Assembly (NCBI RefSeq): GCF_000015585.1
Contig: NC_008789.1
Span: 2,550,001-2,582,000 of the forward strand
DNA length: 32,000 nt
Origin: Halorhodospira halophila SL1
GTDB taxonomy: Bacteria; Pseudomonadota; Gammaproteobacteria; Nitrococcales; Halorhodospiraceae
Direction: 5' to 3'
A program made the position numbers and the translations under genes. The notes under the pieces were generated by a model. That model made no database searches and was not told the origin of the DNA. It was given only the letters and a program-made list of their open reading frames with translations. Within the stretch, counting starts at the first letter, position 1, and each line of letters opens with the position of its first letter. Shown here in pieces: positions 21,096 to 29,539 of the stretch.

Positions 21096-21782
21096 ATGCC
21101 CGACGAAACCCTTACCCGCCCACCGGCGGCGATCAGCGAGGAGGCCATCGAGGGGCTGTTCGCTGGGTCCCGACGTGTCCGCCCTCAGGGCACCGGTAAC
21201 CAGTCAAAGGTCTGGATCTTTGCCGACCACGATCCCCCGCTGGTCGTCAAGACTCCCCGCTCCCGCGGGGTGGGGCGTTGGCTAAGCCGATGGATGATCC
21301 GCCGCGAGTATCGGGCTTACGAGCGACTAGAAGGCGTACCCGGGGTTCCCCACTGCTACGGCCTGTTCCGCGGCGAGTGGCTTGTGCTCTCCTATGAACC
21401 CGGGGTCAAGATCCGCCCCAAAGAGGTGCAGACGCCACATGCCACGACCCCAGCCCCTTCGGTTGTTGGCCTGCGCCGAACGATCGCGGAGATGCACCGT
21501 CGTGGGGTCGCCCATACCGACCTGAAACGGCACGACAACCTGCTCTATTCGGCAGAGCATGAACGCATCACGGTCACGGACTTCGGTACCGCTTTGCTCC
21601 GACCTAAAAACCGCCCCCCGGGGCCCGTTTGGCGATGGGCGGCACAACAGGACTGGAACGCTTGGGCGCGGTATGGGTGGTCGAAACACCCCGAGTTTAT
21701 GCCACCCGCGATCGCTCGGTTGCACCGCCGCACCCTCGTCGAACGAGTTGCCAAGTCGGTCCGTGACCTTTTCAGCGACTAA
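21096..21782 (+). CDS. Minimal protein-kinase-fold protein (lipopolysaccharide kinase Kdo/WaaP-like or RIO-like)
   Basis: 228 aa. It carries a Gly-rich loop GTGNQSKVW, a Lys in LVVKTP, the catalytic loop HTDLKRHDNLL, and DFG (VTDFG). There is no activation segment or APE motif after DFG. It starts 13 nt after the ICMT-like gene. Confidence 0.65.
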   Translation: MPDETLTRPPAAISEEAIEGLFAGSRRVRPQGTGNQSKVWIFADHDPPLVVKTPRSRGVGRWLSRWMIRREYRAYERLEGVPGVPHCYGLFRGEWLVLSYEPGVKIRPKEVQTPHATTPAPSVVGLRRTIAEMHRRGVAHTDLKRHDNLLYSAEHERITVTDFGTALLRPKNRPPGPVWRWAAQQDWNAWARYGWSKHPEFMPPAIARLHRRTLVERVAKSVRDLFSD

Positions 21783-21831
21783 CCGACCCACCGGGTAGAC
21801 ACCGCCCCGCGCCTGCGCCGAAACTGCGGGC

Positions 21832-24687
21832 ATGGACACACTGCCCACACCGCTCCGGGAGATCAGCGAGCGCCATCTGGCCGCCCTGCAAGAGGCCGGC
21901 GCGGTCCCCGAGGACGACCGCATCGCCACCACCCTGTCCCGAGTCGTCGCCGCCAGCGATTTCGTGGCCCAGGCGGTCGCCGAGCGAGAGCCGGGGCTGC
22001 TCCACGACCTCGCCGACAGCGGCGACCTGTTCACAGCCTACGGCGAGACTGGCCACCGGCAGCGCCTGCGAGCGCTCCTCGATCAGACCGCCGACGAGGC
22101 CGGCCTCTACCGCGCCCTGCGCCGCTTCCGGCGTCGCGAGATGGTGCGCATCGCCTACCGCAGCCTGGCCGGCTGGGCCGGGCTGGAGGAGACGCTGGAG
22201 GAGACCAGCGACCTGGCCGAGGCGAGCATCGATCTGACCCTGGACTGGCTCCACCGCGCCCTGGCCGAGCGCTGGGGCACCCCGCGAGGCCCCGACGGCG
22301 ATCCCCAGCACCTGGTGGTCCTGGGCATGGGCAAACTCGGCGGTCGCGAACTCAACTTCTCCTCGGACATCGACCTGATCTTCGCCTTCCCCGAGACCGG
22401 GGAGACCGACGGCAACCGGCCCCGCAGCAACGACGAGTTCTTCGTCAAGCTCGGCCGGCAGCTCATCGGCGCGCTCAGCGAGATCACCCCCGACGGCCAG
22501 CCCTATCGCGTCGACATGCGGTTGCGCCCCAATGGCGACGCCGGCCCCCTGGCCCTGCCCTTCTCCGCGGTCGAGACCTACTACGAGAGCCAGGGCCGTG
22601 AGTGGGAGCGCTACGCCATGATCAAGGCGCGCTGCGTCGGCGGCGACTACGCCGCCGGCGACGAGCTGACCCGTAGCCTGCGCCCCTTCGTCTACCGCCG
22701 CTACCTGGACTACGGTGCGCTGGAGCAGATCCGCGAGATGAAGGCGATGATCGCCCGCGAGGTGCAGCGCCGCGGCACCGCGCGCAACATCAAGACCGGC
22801 CTCGGCGGCATCCGCGAGGTGGAGTTCGTCGCCCAGGCGTTCCAGCTCATCCGCGGCGGGCGGGAGCCACGGCTGCGCTCACGGCGGCTGATGACCACCC
22901 TGGAGACCATCGCTGAGCAACAGCTGCTGCCCGAGCACGCCGTCGACGAGCTGCGCAGCGGGTACCGCTTCCTGCGCCAGGCCGAGAACGCCGTGCAGAT
23001 GCTCGCCGACGAACAGAGCCACACCGTACCCGAGGATCCGGTCCTCCGCGCCCGGGTGGCACTGGGTGCCGGCCACCTCGACGCCGACGCCTTCGAGGCA
23101 GAACTCGAGCAGGTCCGCCGGCATACCCACGACCACTTCGAACAGGTCTTCGCCGCCCCTCAGGCCGAGGACAGCGAGGACGCCGAAGACCCGGCCGAGC
23201 TGGTGTGGAACGGCCACCTGGACACCGACGAGGCCGGCGAACGGCTGCGTGCGCTCGGCTTCCCCGACCCGGAGCAGCTGGCCCGGCGTCTGGAGCGGCT
23301 GCGCGAGGGGGCCGAGGTCCGCGCCCTCTCCGCCCGCGGCCGCCACCGCCTGGACCGGCTGGTGCCCCTGGTCATCAACGCCTGCGTGCGCGCCCGCCGT
23401 CCGGAGCTGGCGCTGACGCGGGTCCTCGATCTGATCGAGACGGTGGCCCGGCGCACCGCGTACCTGGCACTGCTGGTCGAGCACCCCATGGCGCTCTCGC
23501 AACTGGTCCAACTCTGCGACGGCTCGGCCTGGGTGGCGCGCTTCCTCACCGCCCATCCGCTGCTGCTGGACGAACTCCTCGATCCCCGCACCCTCTACGA
23601 ACCCCTCGGCCGGGACGCTCTGGAGGCGGACCTGGACACCCGGCTACGGCGCATCGCCGCCGACGATCTGGAGCAGCAGATGGAGGCGCTGCGCCAGTTC
23701 AAGCAGGCCAATCAGCTCAAGGTGGCCGCCGCCGATGTCTCCGGGGCCGCGCCGCTGATGGTGGTCAGCGACTACCTCACCCAGCTCGCCGAGGTGGCCC
23801 TGGAGCGGGCCGTCGTTGTCTGCCGCGAACACCTGGTGCACCGCCACGGCCGCCCCATGTGCACCGACGGCGGCGAACGGCGCGAGGCCGGCTTCGCGGT
23901 GGCGGGGTACGGCAAGCTCGGCGGTCTGGAGCTGGGCTACGGTTCCGACCTGGACCTGGTCTTTCTGCACGACAGCCGTGGCGAGGCGCAGCATACCGAC
24001 GGCGAGCGCAGCGTCGACAACCAGGTCTTCTTCGCCCGCCTCGCCCAGCGCGTGGTCCACGTCCTCAACACCGTCACCCCCGGCGGCATCGTCTACGAGG
24101 TCGATACCCGACTGCGCCCCTCGGGCAACGCCGGGCTGATGAGCACCACCCTGGACGCCTTCCGGCAGTACCAGCGCGAGGGTGCCTGGACCTGGGAGCA
24201 CCAGGCCTTGGTCCGGGCCCGGGCGGTCGCCGGCGATCCCGGCCCGCGGGAGACCTTCGAACAGATCCGCGCCGAGGTCCTCTGCCAGGGCCGCGACACC
24301 GGCTCCCTGCGCGAGAGCGTGCGCAGCATGCGCGAGCGCCAGCGCAAGGAGAAGGGCAGCCGCAAGACGGGGCGATTCGACCTCAAGAACGACCGCGGCG
24401 GCCTGACCGACATCGAGTTCCTGGTCCAATTCGGCGTCCTCAATGCCGCCCACGACCACCCGGAACTGACCCGCTACCCGGACAACATCCGCCTGCTGCG
24501 GCAGCTGGTTCAGGCGGGGCGGCTGGCCGAGGCGGACGCCAACCGCCTGGCCGGTGCCTACCGGGCCTACCGCCGTCGCGTCCACCAGCTCGCCCTGCAG
24601 GATCAGGACGCGGTGCTCGACAGCGAGGAGCTGCAGGACGAACGAGCGGCGGTCACTGCGATCTGGGAACGGATCATGGAGGGGTAG
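21832..24687 (+). CDS. glnE: Bifunctional glutamine synthetase adenylyltransferase/adenylyl-removing enzyme
   Basis: 951 aa with two nucleotidyltransferase repeats (GMGKLGGRELNFSSDIDLIF and GYGKLGGLELGYGSDLDLVF). Size and architecture match GlnE. Confidence 0.95.
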   Translation: MDTLPTPLREISERHLAALQEAGAVPEDDRIATTLSRVVAASDFVAQAVAEREPGLLHDLADSGDLFTAYGETGHRQRLRALLDQTADEAGLYRALRRFRRREMVRIAYRSLAGWAGLEETLEETSDLAEASIDLTLDWLHRALAERWGTPRGPDGDPQHLVVLGMGKLGGRELNFSSDIDLIFAFPETGETDGNRPRSNDEFFVKLGRQLIGALSEITPDGQPYRVDMRLRPNGDAGPLALPFSAVETYYESQGREWERYAMIKARCVGGDYAAGDELTRSLRPFVYRRYLDYGALEQIREMKAMIAREVQRRGTARNIKTGLGGIREVEFVAQAFQLIRGGREPRLRSRRLMTTLETIAEQQLLPEHAVDELRSGYRFLRQAENAVQMLADEQSHTVPEDPVLRARVALGAGHLDADAFEAELEQVRRHTHDHFEQVFAAPQAEDSEDAEDPAELVWNGHLDTDEAGERLRALGFPDPEQLARRLERLREGAEVRALSARGRHRLDRLVPLVINACVRARRPELALTRVLDLIETVARRTAYLALLVEHPMALSQLVQLCDGSAWVARFLTAHPLLLDELLDPRTLYEPLGRDALEADLDTRLRRIAADDLEQQMEALRQFKQANQLKVAAADVSGAAPLMVVSDYLTQLAEVALERAVVVCREHLVHRHGRPMCTDGGERREAGFAVAGYGKLGGLELGYGSDLDLVFLHDSRGEAQHTDGERSVDNQVFFARLAQRVVHVLNTVTPGGIVYEVDTRLRPSGNAGLMSTTLDAFRQYQREGAWTWEHQALVRARAVAGDPGPRETFEQIRAEVLCQGRDTGSLRESVRSMRERQRKEKGSRKTGRFDLKNDRGGLTDIEFLVQFGVLNAAHDHPELTRYPDNIRLLRQLVQAGRLAEADANRLAGAYRAYRRRVHQLALQDQDAVLDSEELQDERAAVTAIWERIMEG

Positions 24688-24807
24688 GCGGGGCGCCGGC
24701 GCCGATCCCCCGAGCGAACGAGGGGGGCGGGGGGCATCGGGCCGGCAAGTATGGCAAACTGCGGCGCGGCACCCAGGTCCCGACGACTACCGACGGAGAT
24801 TCATTCC

Positions 24808-25728
24808 ATGTCCTTCGCCGATCGCGACGGTTACATCTGGCTCGATGGTGAGATGCTGCCCTGGCGCGAGGCCCGGGTCCACTGCCTGACCCACACGCTC
24901 CACTACGGCATGGGCGTCTTCGAAGGCCTCCGCGCCTACACCACCGAGCACGGGCCGGCGATCTTCCGGCTCGAGGAACACACCCGGCGGCTGTTCAACT
25001 CGGCCAAGATCCTCGGCATGGAGATCGCCCACAGCCCCGAGGCGATCAATCAGGCCTGCATCGACGCGGTGCGCCGCAACGGGCTGTCCAGCGCCTACAT
25101 CCGGCCGATGTCGTTCTACGGCTCGGAGGGCATGGGGCTGCACGCCGACGGCCTGCGCACCCACACCATGGTGGCCGCCTGGCACTGGGGCGCCTACCTC
25201 GGCGATGAGAGCCGCGAGCGCGGCATCCGCGTGCAGACCAGCTCGTTCACCCGGCACCACGTCAACATCGCCATGTGCCGGGCCAAGGCCAACGGCAACT
25301 ACATGAACTCCATGCTCGCCGTCCAGGAGGCCACCCGTGCCGGCTGCGACGAGGCGCTGCTGCTCGACGTGGACGGTTTTGTCTGTGAGGGCTCCGGCGA
25401 GAACTTCTTCATGGTCCGTGACGGCGTGCTGCACACCCCGGCGCTCACCTCCGCGCTGGAGGGCATCACCCGGGACACGGTCATGCGGCTCGCCGCCGAA
25501 GAGGGCATCGAGGTGCGCGAGCGGCGGATCACCCGGGACGAGGTCTACATCGCCGACGAGGCCTTCTTCACCGGCACCGCGGCCGAGGTGACCCCGATCC
25601 GCGAACTCGACGGCCGGACCATCGGTCCCGGCCACCGTGGCCCGATCACCGAGCGACTCCAGTCCCGCTACTTCAATCTGGTCGAGGGGCGCGACCCGTC
25701 CCACACCGACTGGCTCACCTTCGTCTGA
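24808..25728 (+). CDS. ilvE: Branched-chain amino acid aminotransferase
   Basis: I chose the ATG at 24808, preceded by GGAGA at 24795-24799. The protein (MSFADRDGYIWLDGEMLPWREARVH...GMGVFEGLRAY) belongs to PLP fold type IV and is 306 aa. Confidence 0.92.
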   Translation: MSFADRDGYIWLDGEMLPWREARVHCLTHTLHYGMGVFEGLRAYTTEHGPAIFRLEEHTRRLFNSAKILGMEIAHSPEAINQACIDAVRRNGLSSAYIRPMSFYGSEGMGLHADGLRTHTMVAAWHWGAYLGDESRERGIRVQTSSFTRHHVNIAMCRAKANGNYMNSMLAVQEATRAGCDEALLLDVDGFVCEGSGENFFMVRDGVLHTPALTSALEGITRDTVMRLAAEEGIEVRERRITRDEVYIADEAFFTGTAAEVTPIRELDGRTIGPGHRGPITERLQSRYFNLVEGRDPSHTDWLTFV

Positions 25729-25742
25729 GCCGACGCGCTGCC

Positions 25743-26342
25743 ATGCCGGAGCAGCCCCACGTCGTCTGGCATCAGACCCGCGTCCAGCCCGAGGACCGCG
25801 CCGCGGCCCTCGGGCAGCGCCCAATGGTGGTCTGGCTCACCGGCCTGTCCGGCTCCGGCAAGTCGACCCTGGCCAACGCCCTTGAGCACGCCCTGCACCA
25901 GTGCGGCCACCACAGCTTCCTGCTCGACGGCGACAACATCCGCCACGGCCTCAACCGCGACCTGGACCTCTCCACCGCCGGGCGGCAGGAGAACATCCGC
26001 CGCATCGGTGAGGTCACCCGGCTGCTGCTCGACGCTGGACTGATCGTGGTCACCGCCTTCATCTCGCCCTACCGCGTCGACCGCGACCGGGTGCGCGAAA
26101 CCGTCGGCCCCGAGCGCTTCCTCGAGGTCCACGTGCGCGCCGCCCTGGAGACCTGCGAGCAGCGCGACCCCAAAGGGTTGTACGCCCGCGCCCGGCGCGG
26201 CGACCTCCGCGGGATGACCGGCATCGACGACCCCTACGAGGCTCCGGAACACCCGGATCTGGTGATCGACACGGACCAATGCTCGGTGGCGGCCGCCACC
26301 GAGCACCTGCTGCAGACCCTCCGCAAACGCGGGGTGGTCTAG
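25743..26342 (+). CDS. cysC: Adenylyl-sulfate (APS) kinase, stand-alone
   Basis: 199 aa. It has the P-loop GLSGSGKST and the motifs LLDGDNIRHGL, ENIRR, AFISPYR and RDPKGLYARARRG...GIDDPYEAP. Confidence 0.92.
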   Translation: MPEQPHVVWHQTRVQPEDRAAALGQRPMVVWLTGLSGSGKSTLANALEHALHQCGHHSFLLDGDNIRHGLNRDLDLSTAGRQENIRRIGEVTRLLLDAGLIVVTAFISPYRVDRDRVRETVGPERFLEVHVRAALETCEQRDPKGLYARARRGDLRGMTGIDDPYEAPEHPDLVIDTDQCSVAAATEHLLQTLRKRGVV

Positions 26343-26346
26343 CGCC

Positions 26347-28113
26347 ATGGGCTGGGAGGCGTACCTGACCGCCGCGGTCGTCGTCGCCCTGCTGACCGCC
26401 CTGATCACCACCCGCGTGGCCCCGGACATGGCCTTCCTGGGCGCGGTGACCGTGCTGCTGCTCAGCGGCGTGGTGGGACCGCGGGAGGCCTTTGAAGGCC
26501 TCTCCAACCCCGGCGTTCTCACCGTGGCCGCCCTTTACGTCGTCGTCGCCGGCATCCGCGAGACGGGCGGCGTGCAGTGGATCAGCACCCGCATGCTCGG
26601 CCGGCCCCGCTCACTGTTCGATGCCCAGCGCCGGCTCACCCTGCCGGTGGCCGGGTTCTCGGCCTTCCTCAACAACACCCCGGTGGTGGCCATGCTCATC
26701 CCGGCGGTGGGCGACTGGGCGCGCAAGCACAACCTGGCCGAATCGAAGCTGCTGCTGCCCCTGTCCTACGCCGCCATGCTCGGCGGCACCTGCACGCTCA
26801 TCGGCACCAGCACCAACCTGGTCGTCAACGGCGCCCTGGAGCAGCGCACCGGTGAAGGGCTCATGCTCTTCGAGCTGGCCTGGGTCGGCATCCCGGTGCT
26901 CATCGCCGGGCTGGCCTTCCTGTTCGCCACCAGCCACTGGCTGTTGCCCGACCGCCGCCCCGCGGCGGAGACCCTCGACGACCCGCGGGAGTACACCGTG
27001 GAAATGATCGTCGAGGCCGAGGGCCCACTGGTCGGGCGGAGCATCGAACGCGCCGGACTGCGCCACCTGCCCGGGTGTTATCTCATGGAGATCGACCGCG
27101 GCGGCGAGATCCTGCCCGCCGTCTCGCCTCGGGAGAAGCTGCGCGCCGGCGACCGGCTGGTGTTCGTCGGGGTGGTGGACTCCGTGGTGGAGCTGCAGAA
27201 GATCCGCGGCCTCACCCCCGCCACCAACCAGGTCTTCAAGCTCGACGGCCGCCGCTCCGATCGCCGGCTGGTCGAGGTGGTGGTCTCGGAGACCTGCCCG
27301 GTGGCCAACCGCACGGTGCGCGATGGCCGCTTCCGCACCCGCTACGACGCGGTGGTCATCGCCGTGGCGCGCAACGGCGAGCGCGTCGACGGCAAGATCG
27401 GCGACATCATCCTGCGCCCCGGCGACACCCTGCTCCTGGAGGCCGGCGAAGGCTTCGTCGAGCGCCAGCGCAACGCCCGCGACTTCCTGCTGGTGCGCGC
27501 CATCGAGGGCGCGGCGGTGCCGCGCCACGACCGCGCCTGGCTGGCACTGGGGATCCTGGGCGCCATGCTCGGCATCGTCGGGGTCGGCTGGCTATCGATG
27601 CTCGAAGGCGCCCTGGCCGCCGGGGCGGCACTGCTGCTCACCCGCTGCCTGACCCTCAACGCCGCCCGGCAGGCCATTGACTGGTCGGTGATCCTGACCA
27701 TCGCCGCGGCGTTCGGCATCGGCGCCGCCATGGAACAGACCGGACTGGCTCACACCATCGCCGACGGCCTGCTTGGCCTCGCAGGCGAGCAGCCGTGGCT
27801 GAACCTGGCCGTGATCTACCTGGTCACAGCGCTGTTCACCGCGGTCATCACCAACAACGCCGCCGCGGTCCTGATGGTCCCGATCGCCGGCTCGGTGGCC
27901 GGGGATTTGGGGGTCAGCGTCCTCCCCTTCGCCGTGGCCATCATGCTGGCCGCCTCGGCCAGCTTCGCCACCCCCATGGGCTACCAGACCAACCTGATGG
28001 TCTACGGCCCCGGCGGCTACCACTTCACCGACTACCTGCGCGCCGGCCTGCCGCTGAACCTGGTCACCGCAGCCGTAGCGCTGGCGGTGATCCCGTGGGT
28101 GTGGCCGTTCTAG
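26347..28113 (+). CDS. SLC13/DASS-family permease with two central TrkA-C (RCK C-terminal) domains; possible sulfate or anion symporter
   Basis: 588 aa. Polytopic N- and C-terminal halves flank two soluble repeats (...GRSIERAGLRHLPGCYLMEIDRGGE...AGDRLVFVG and ...NRTVRDGRFRTRYDAVVIAVARNGE...PGDTLLLEAG). It starts 4 nt after cysC. The substrate is inferred from context only. Confidence 0.75.
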   Translation: MGWEAYLTAAVVVALLTALITTRVAPDMAFLGAVTVLLLSGVVGPREAFEGLSNPGVLTVAALYVVVAGIRETGGVQWISTRMLGRPRSLFDAQRRLTLPVAGFSAFLNNTPVVAMLIPAVGDWARKHNLAESKLLLPLSYAAMLGGTCTLIGTSTNLVVNGALEQRTGEGLMLFELAWVGIPVLIAGLAFLFATSHWLLPDRRPAAETLDDPREYTVEMIVEAEGPLVGRSIERAGLRHLPGCYLMEIDRGGEILPAVSPREKLRAGDRLVFVGVVDSVVELQKIRGLTPATNQVFKLDGRRSDRRLVEVVVSETCPVANRTVRDGRFRTRYDAVVIAVARNGERVDGKIGDIILRPGDTLLLEAGEGFVERQRNARDFLLVRAIEGAAVPRHDRAWLALGILGAMLGIVGVGWLSMLEGALAAGAALLLTRCLTLNAARQAIDWSVILTIAAAFGIGAAMEQTGLAHTIADGLLGLAGEQPWLNLAVIYLVTALFTAVITNNAAAVLMVPIAGSVAGDLGVSVLPFAVAIMLAASASFATPMGYQTNLMVYGPGGYHFTDYLRAGLPLNLVTAAVALAVIPWVWPF

Positions 28114-28159
28114 GCGGAATGGAACCTCGGGTTGCAATGCGCAGGGCGCGCAGAGAGGG

Positions 28160-28399
28160 TCAACCCCGTTTGCCCAGCAACGCCGCGGCCGCCGCGCGCA
28201 GATCGTCCTCGGCCACGCCGAGGTCCTGGATCTCCTCTTTGACGCGCTCTTCTTTCTCTTCCGGGTTTACCGGCGAGAGCAGCAACCGGCCCTTGCGGGT
28301 CACCACCACCTCGAAGTAATCGACATCCGAGAACCGCCCGGCGATCTCCGGCGGCAGGCGGACCTCGTTCCACTCCGTCTTGCGTGCGAGCACGGTCAT
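28160..28399 (-). CDS. Small AbrB/MazE/SpoVT-like DNA-binding protein (putative)
   Basis: 79 aa. The N-terminal swapped-hairpin-like pattern WNEVRLPPEIAGRFSDVDYFEVVVTRKGRLLLSPV is followed by an acidic, helical tail. A GGAGAG Shine-Dalgarno sequence lies upstream. The fold assignment rests on pattern only. Confidence 0.5.
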   Translation of the reverse strand: MTVLARKTEWNEVRLPPEIAGRFSDVDYFEVVVTRKGRLLLSPVNPEEKEERVKEEIQDLGVAEDDLRAAAAALLGKRG

Positions 28400-28622
28400 G
28401 ACGGTCTCTCCTGTTCCTGGCCTGATCCTGCGTCAAAAGTTGGCACACCGCGCGCCGGTCGGGAAGGGTCCATCCAGGATGCCCGGGCCGGGATGATAAG
28501 CGGCGGGGCACCCTCCTCAAGAGCCATGGCCATGAGGACAGAACCATCCGCCCTGACGCTTGCGTCGGGCGATCCTTTACAATGCTCGGCCAACGCGGGC
28601 TTTCGGTCAGGTGGTCAACGGT

Positions 28623-29537
28623 ATGGAGATCAGCGAGGCACGGCTCACCCACCTCAAGGAGCTTGAGGCGGAGAGCATCCACATCATCCGCGAGGTCGCC
28701 GCGGAGTTCGACAACCCGGTGATGCTCTACTCCATCGGCAAGGACTCCTCGGTGATGCTGCGCCTGGCGCTCAAGGCGTTCTACCCGGGCACACCGCCCT
28801 TCCCCCTGATGCACGTGGACACCACCTGGAAGTTCCGCGAGATGATCGCCTTCCGCGACCGCATGGCGCGGGAGTCGGGCATGGAGCTGATCGTCCACAT
28901 CAACCAGGAGGGCGTCGAGCAGGGCATCGGGCCGTTCACCCACGGCTCCAAGGTCCATACCGACGTCATGAAGACGCAGTCCCTCAAGCAGGCGATGGAC
29001 CAGCACCGCTTCGACGCCGCCTTCGGCGGGGCGCGGCGCGACGAGGAGAAATCCCGCGCCAAGGAGCGCGTCTACTCCTTCCGCGACCGCCACCACCGCT
29101 GGGATCCCAAGGGCCAGCGCCCGGAGCTCTGGCAGCTCTACAACGGCCGCGTCCACAAGGGCGAGAGCATGCGCATCTTCCCCCTGTCCAACTGGACGGA
29201 GCTGGACGTCTGGCAGTACATCTACCTGGAGGACATCCCCATCGTCCCCCTCTACTACGCCGCCGAGCGCCCTGTGGTCGACCGCGACGGCACCCTGATC
29301 ATGGTCGACGACGAGCGCATGCCGCTCGAGGAAGGCGAGCAGCCGCGCTACGAGAAGGTCCGCTTCCGCACCCTCGGCTGCTATCCGCTCACCGGGGCGA
29401 TCCGCTCCGAGGCGGACACGCTGCCGGAAATCATCCAGGAGATGCTGCTCACCCGCACCTCCGAGCGGCAGGGGCGGGTCATCGACCACGATTCGGCGGG
29501 GTCGATGGAAGAGAAAAAACGCCAGGGGTACTTCTAG
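28623..29537 (+). CDS. cysD: Sulfate adenylyltransferase subunit 2
   Basis: I chose the ATG at 28623 ([46 protein letters not shown]), which is collinear with E. coli CysD through to the C-terminal KKRQGYF. Confidence 0.96.
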   Translation: MEISEARLTHLKELEAESIHIIREVAAEFDNPVMLYSIGKDSSVMLRLALKAFYPGTPPFPLMHVDTTWKFREMIAFRDRMARESGMELIVHINQEGVEQGIGPFTHGSKVHTDVMKTQSLKQAMDQHRFDAAFGGARRDEEKSRAKERVYSFRDRHHRWDPKGQRPELWQLYNGRVHKGESMRIFPLSNWTELDVWQYIYLEDIPIVPLYYAAERPVVDRDGTLIMVDDERMPLEEGEQPRYEKVRFRTLGCYPLTGAIRSEADTLPEIIQEMLLTRTSERQGRVIDHDSAGSMEEKKRQGYF

Positions 29538-29539
29538 CC

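Noticed and set aside
21096-21782. The minimal kinase could be a Bud32-like partner of the Kae1 homologue TsaD, giving a KEOPS-like t6A system with tsaC and tsaD in the same window.
   Set aside because: The gene lies about 17 kb from tsaD and tsaC, on a different transcription unit and next to a membrane methyltransferase. Bacteria use TsaB and TsaE with TsaD. A minimal kinase fold alone cannot distinguish Bud32 from Kdo, WaaP or RIO kinases, so the idea has no positional or sequence-specific support here.
17831-21800. The lower-GC3 patch might be a mobile genomic island.
   Set aside because: I found no integrase, transposase, tRNA/tmRNA attachment site or flanking direct repeats. The patch is interrupted by normal-composition folK-folB, and it contains core genes such as lpxL. 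Only the 17.83-18.56 kb ORFan looks clearly foreign.
24688-24807. The glnE-ilvE intergenic region (120 bp) might hold an attenuator, riboswitch or terminator.
   Set aside because: It offers only a weak 5-6 bp C/G stem (CCCCC...GGGGG) with no U-tract, no leader-peptide ORF rich in Ile, Leu or Val, and no recognisable riboswitch core. The evidence is insufficient.
28396-28593. A 65-aa minus-strand ORF upstream of the AbrB-like gene might be a toxin or partner gene.
   Set aside because: It has no Shine-Dalgarno sequence and an Ala/Pro/Gly/Ser-rich composition with no toxin-family motif. It occupies the region expected to hold the cysD promoter (a TACAAT -10-like hexamer at 28578-28583). It is most likely non-coding.
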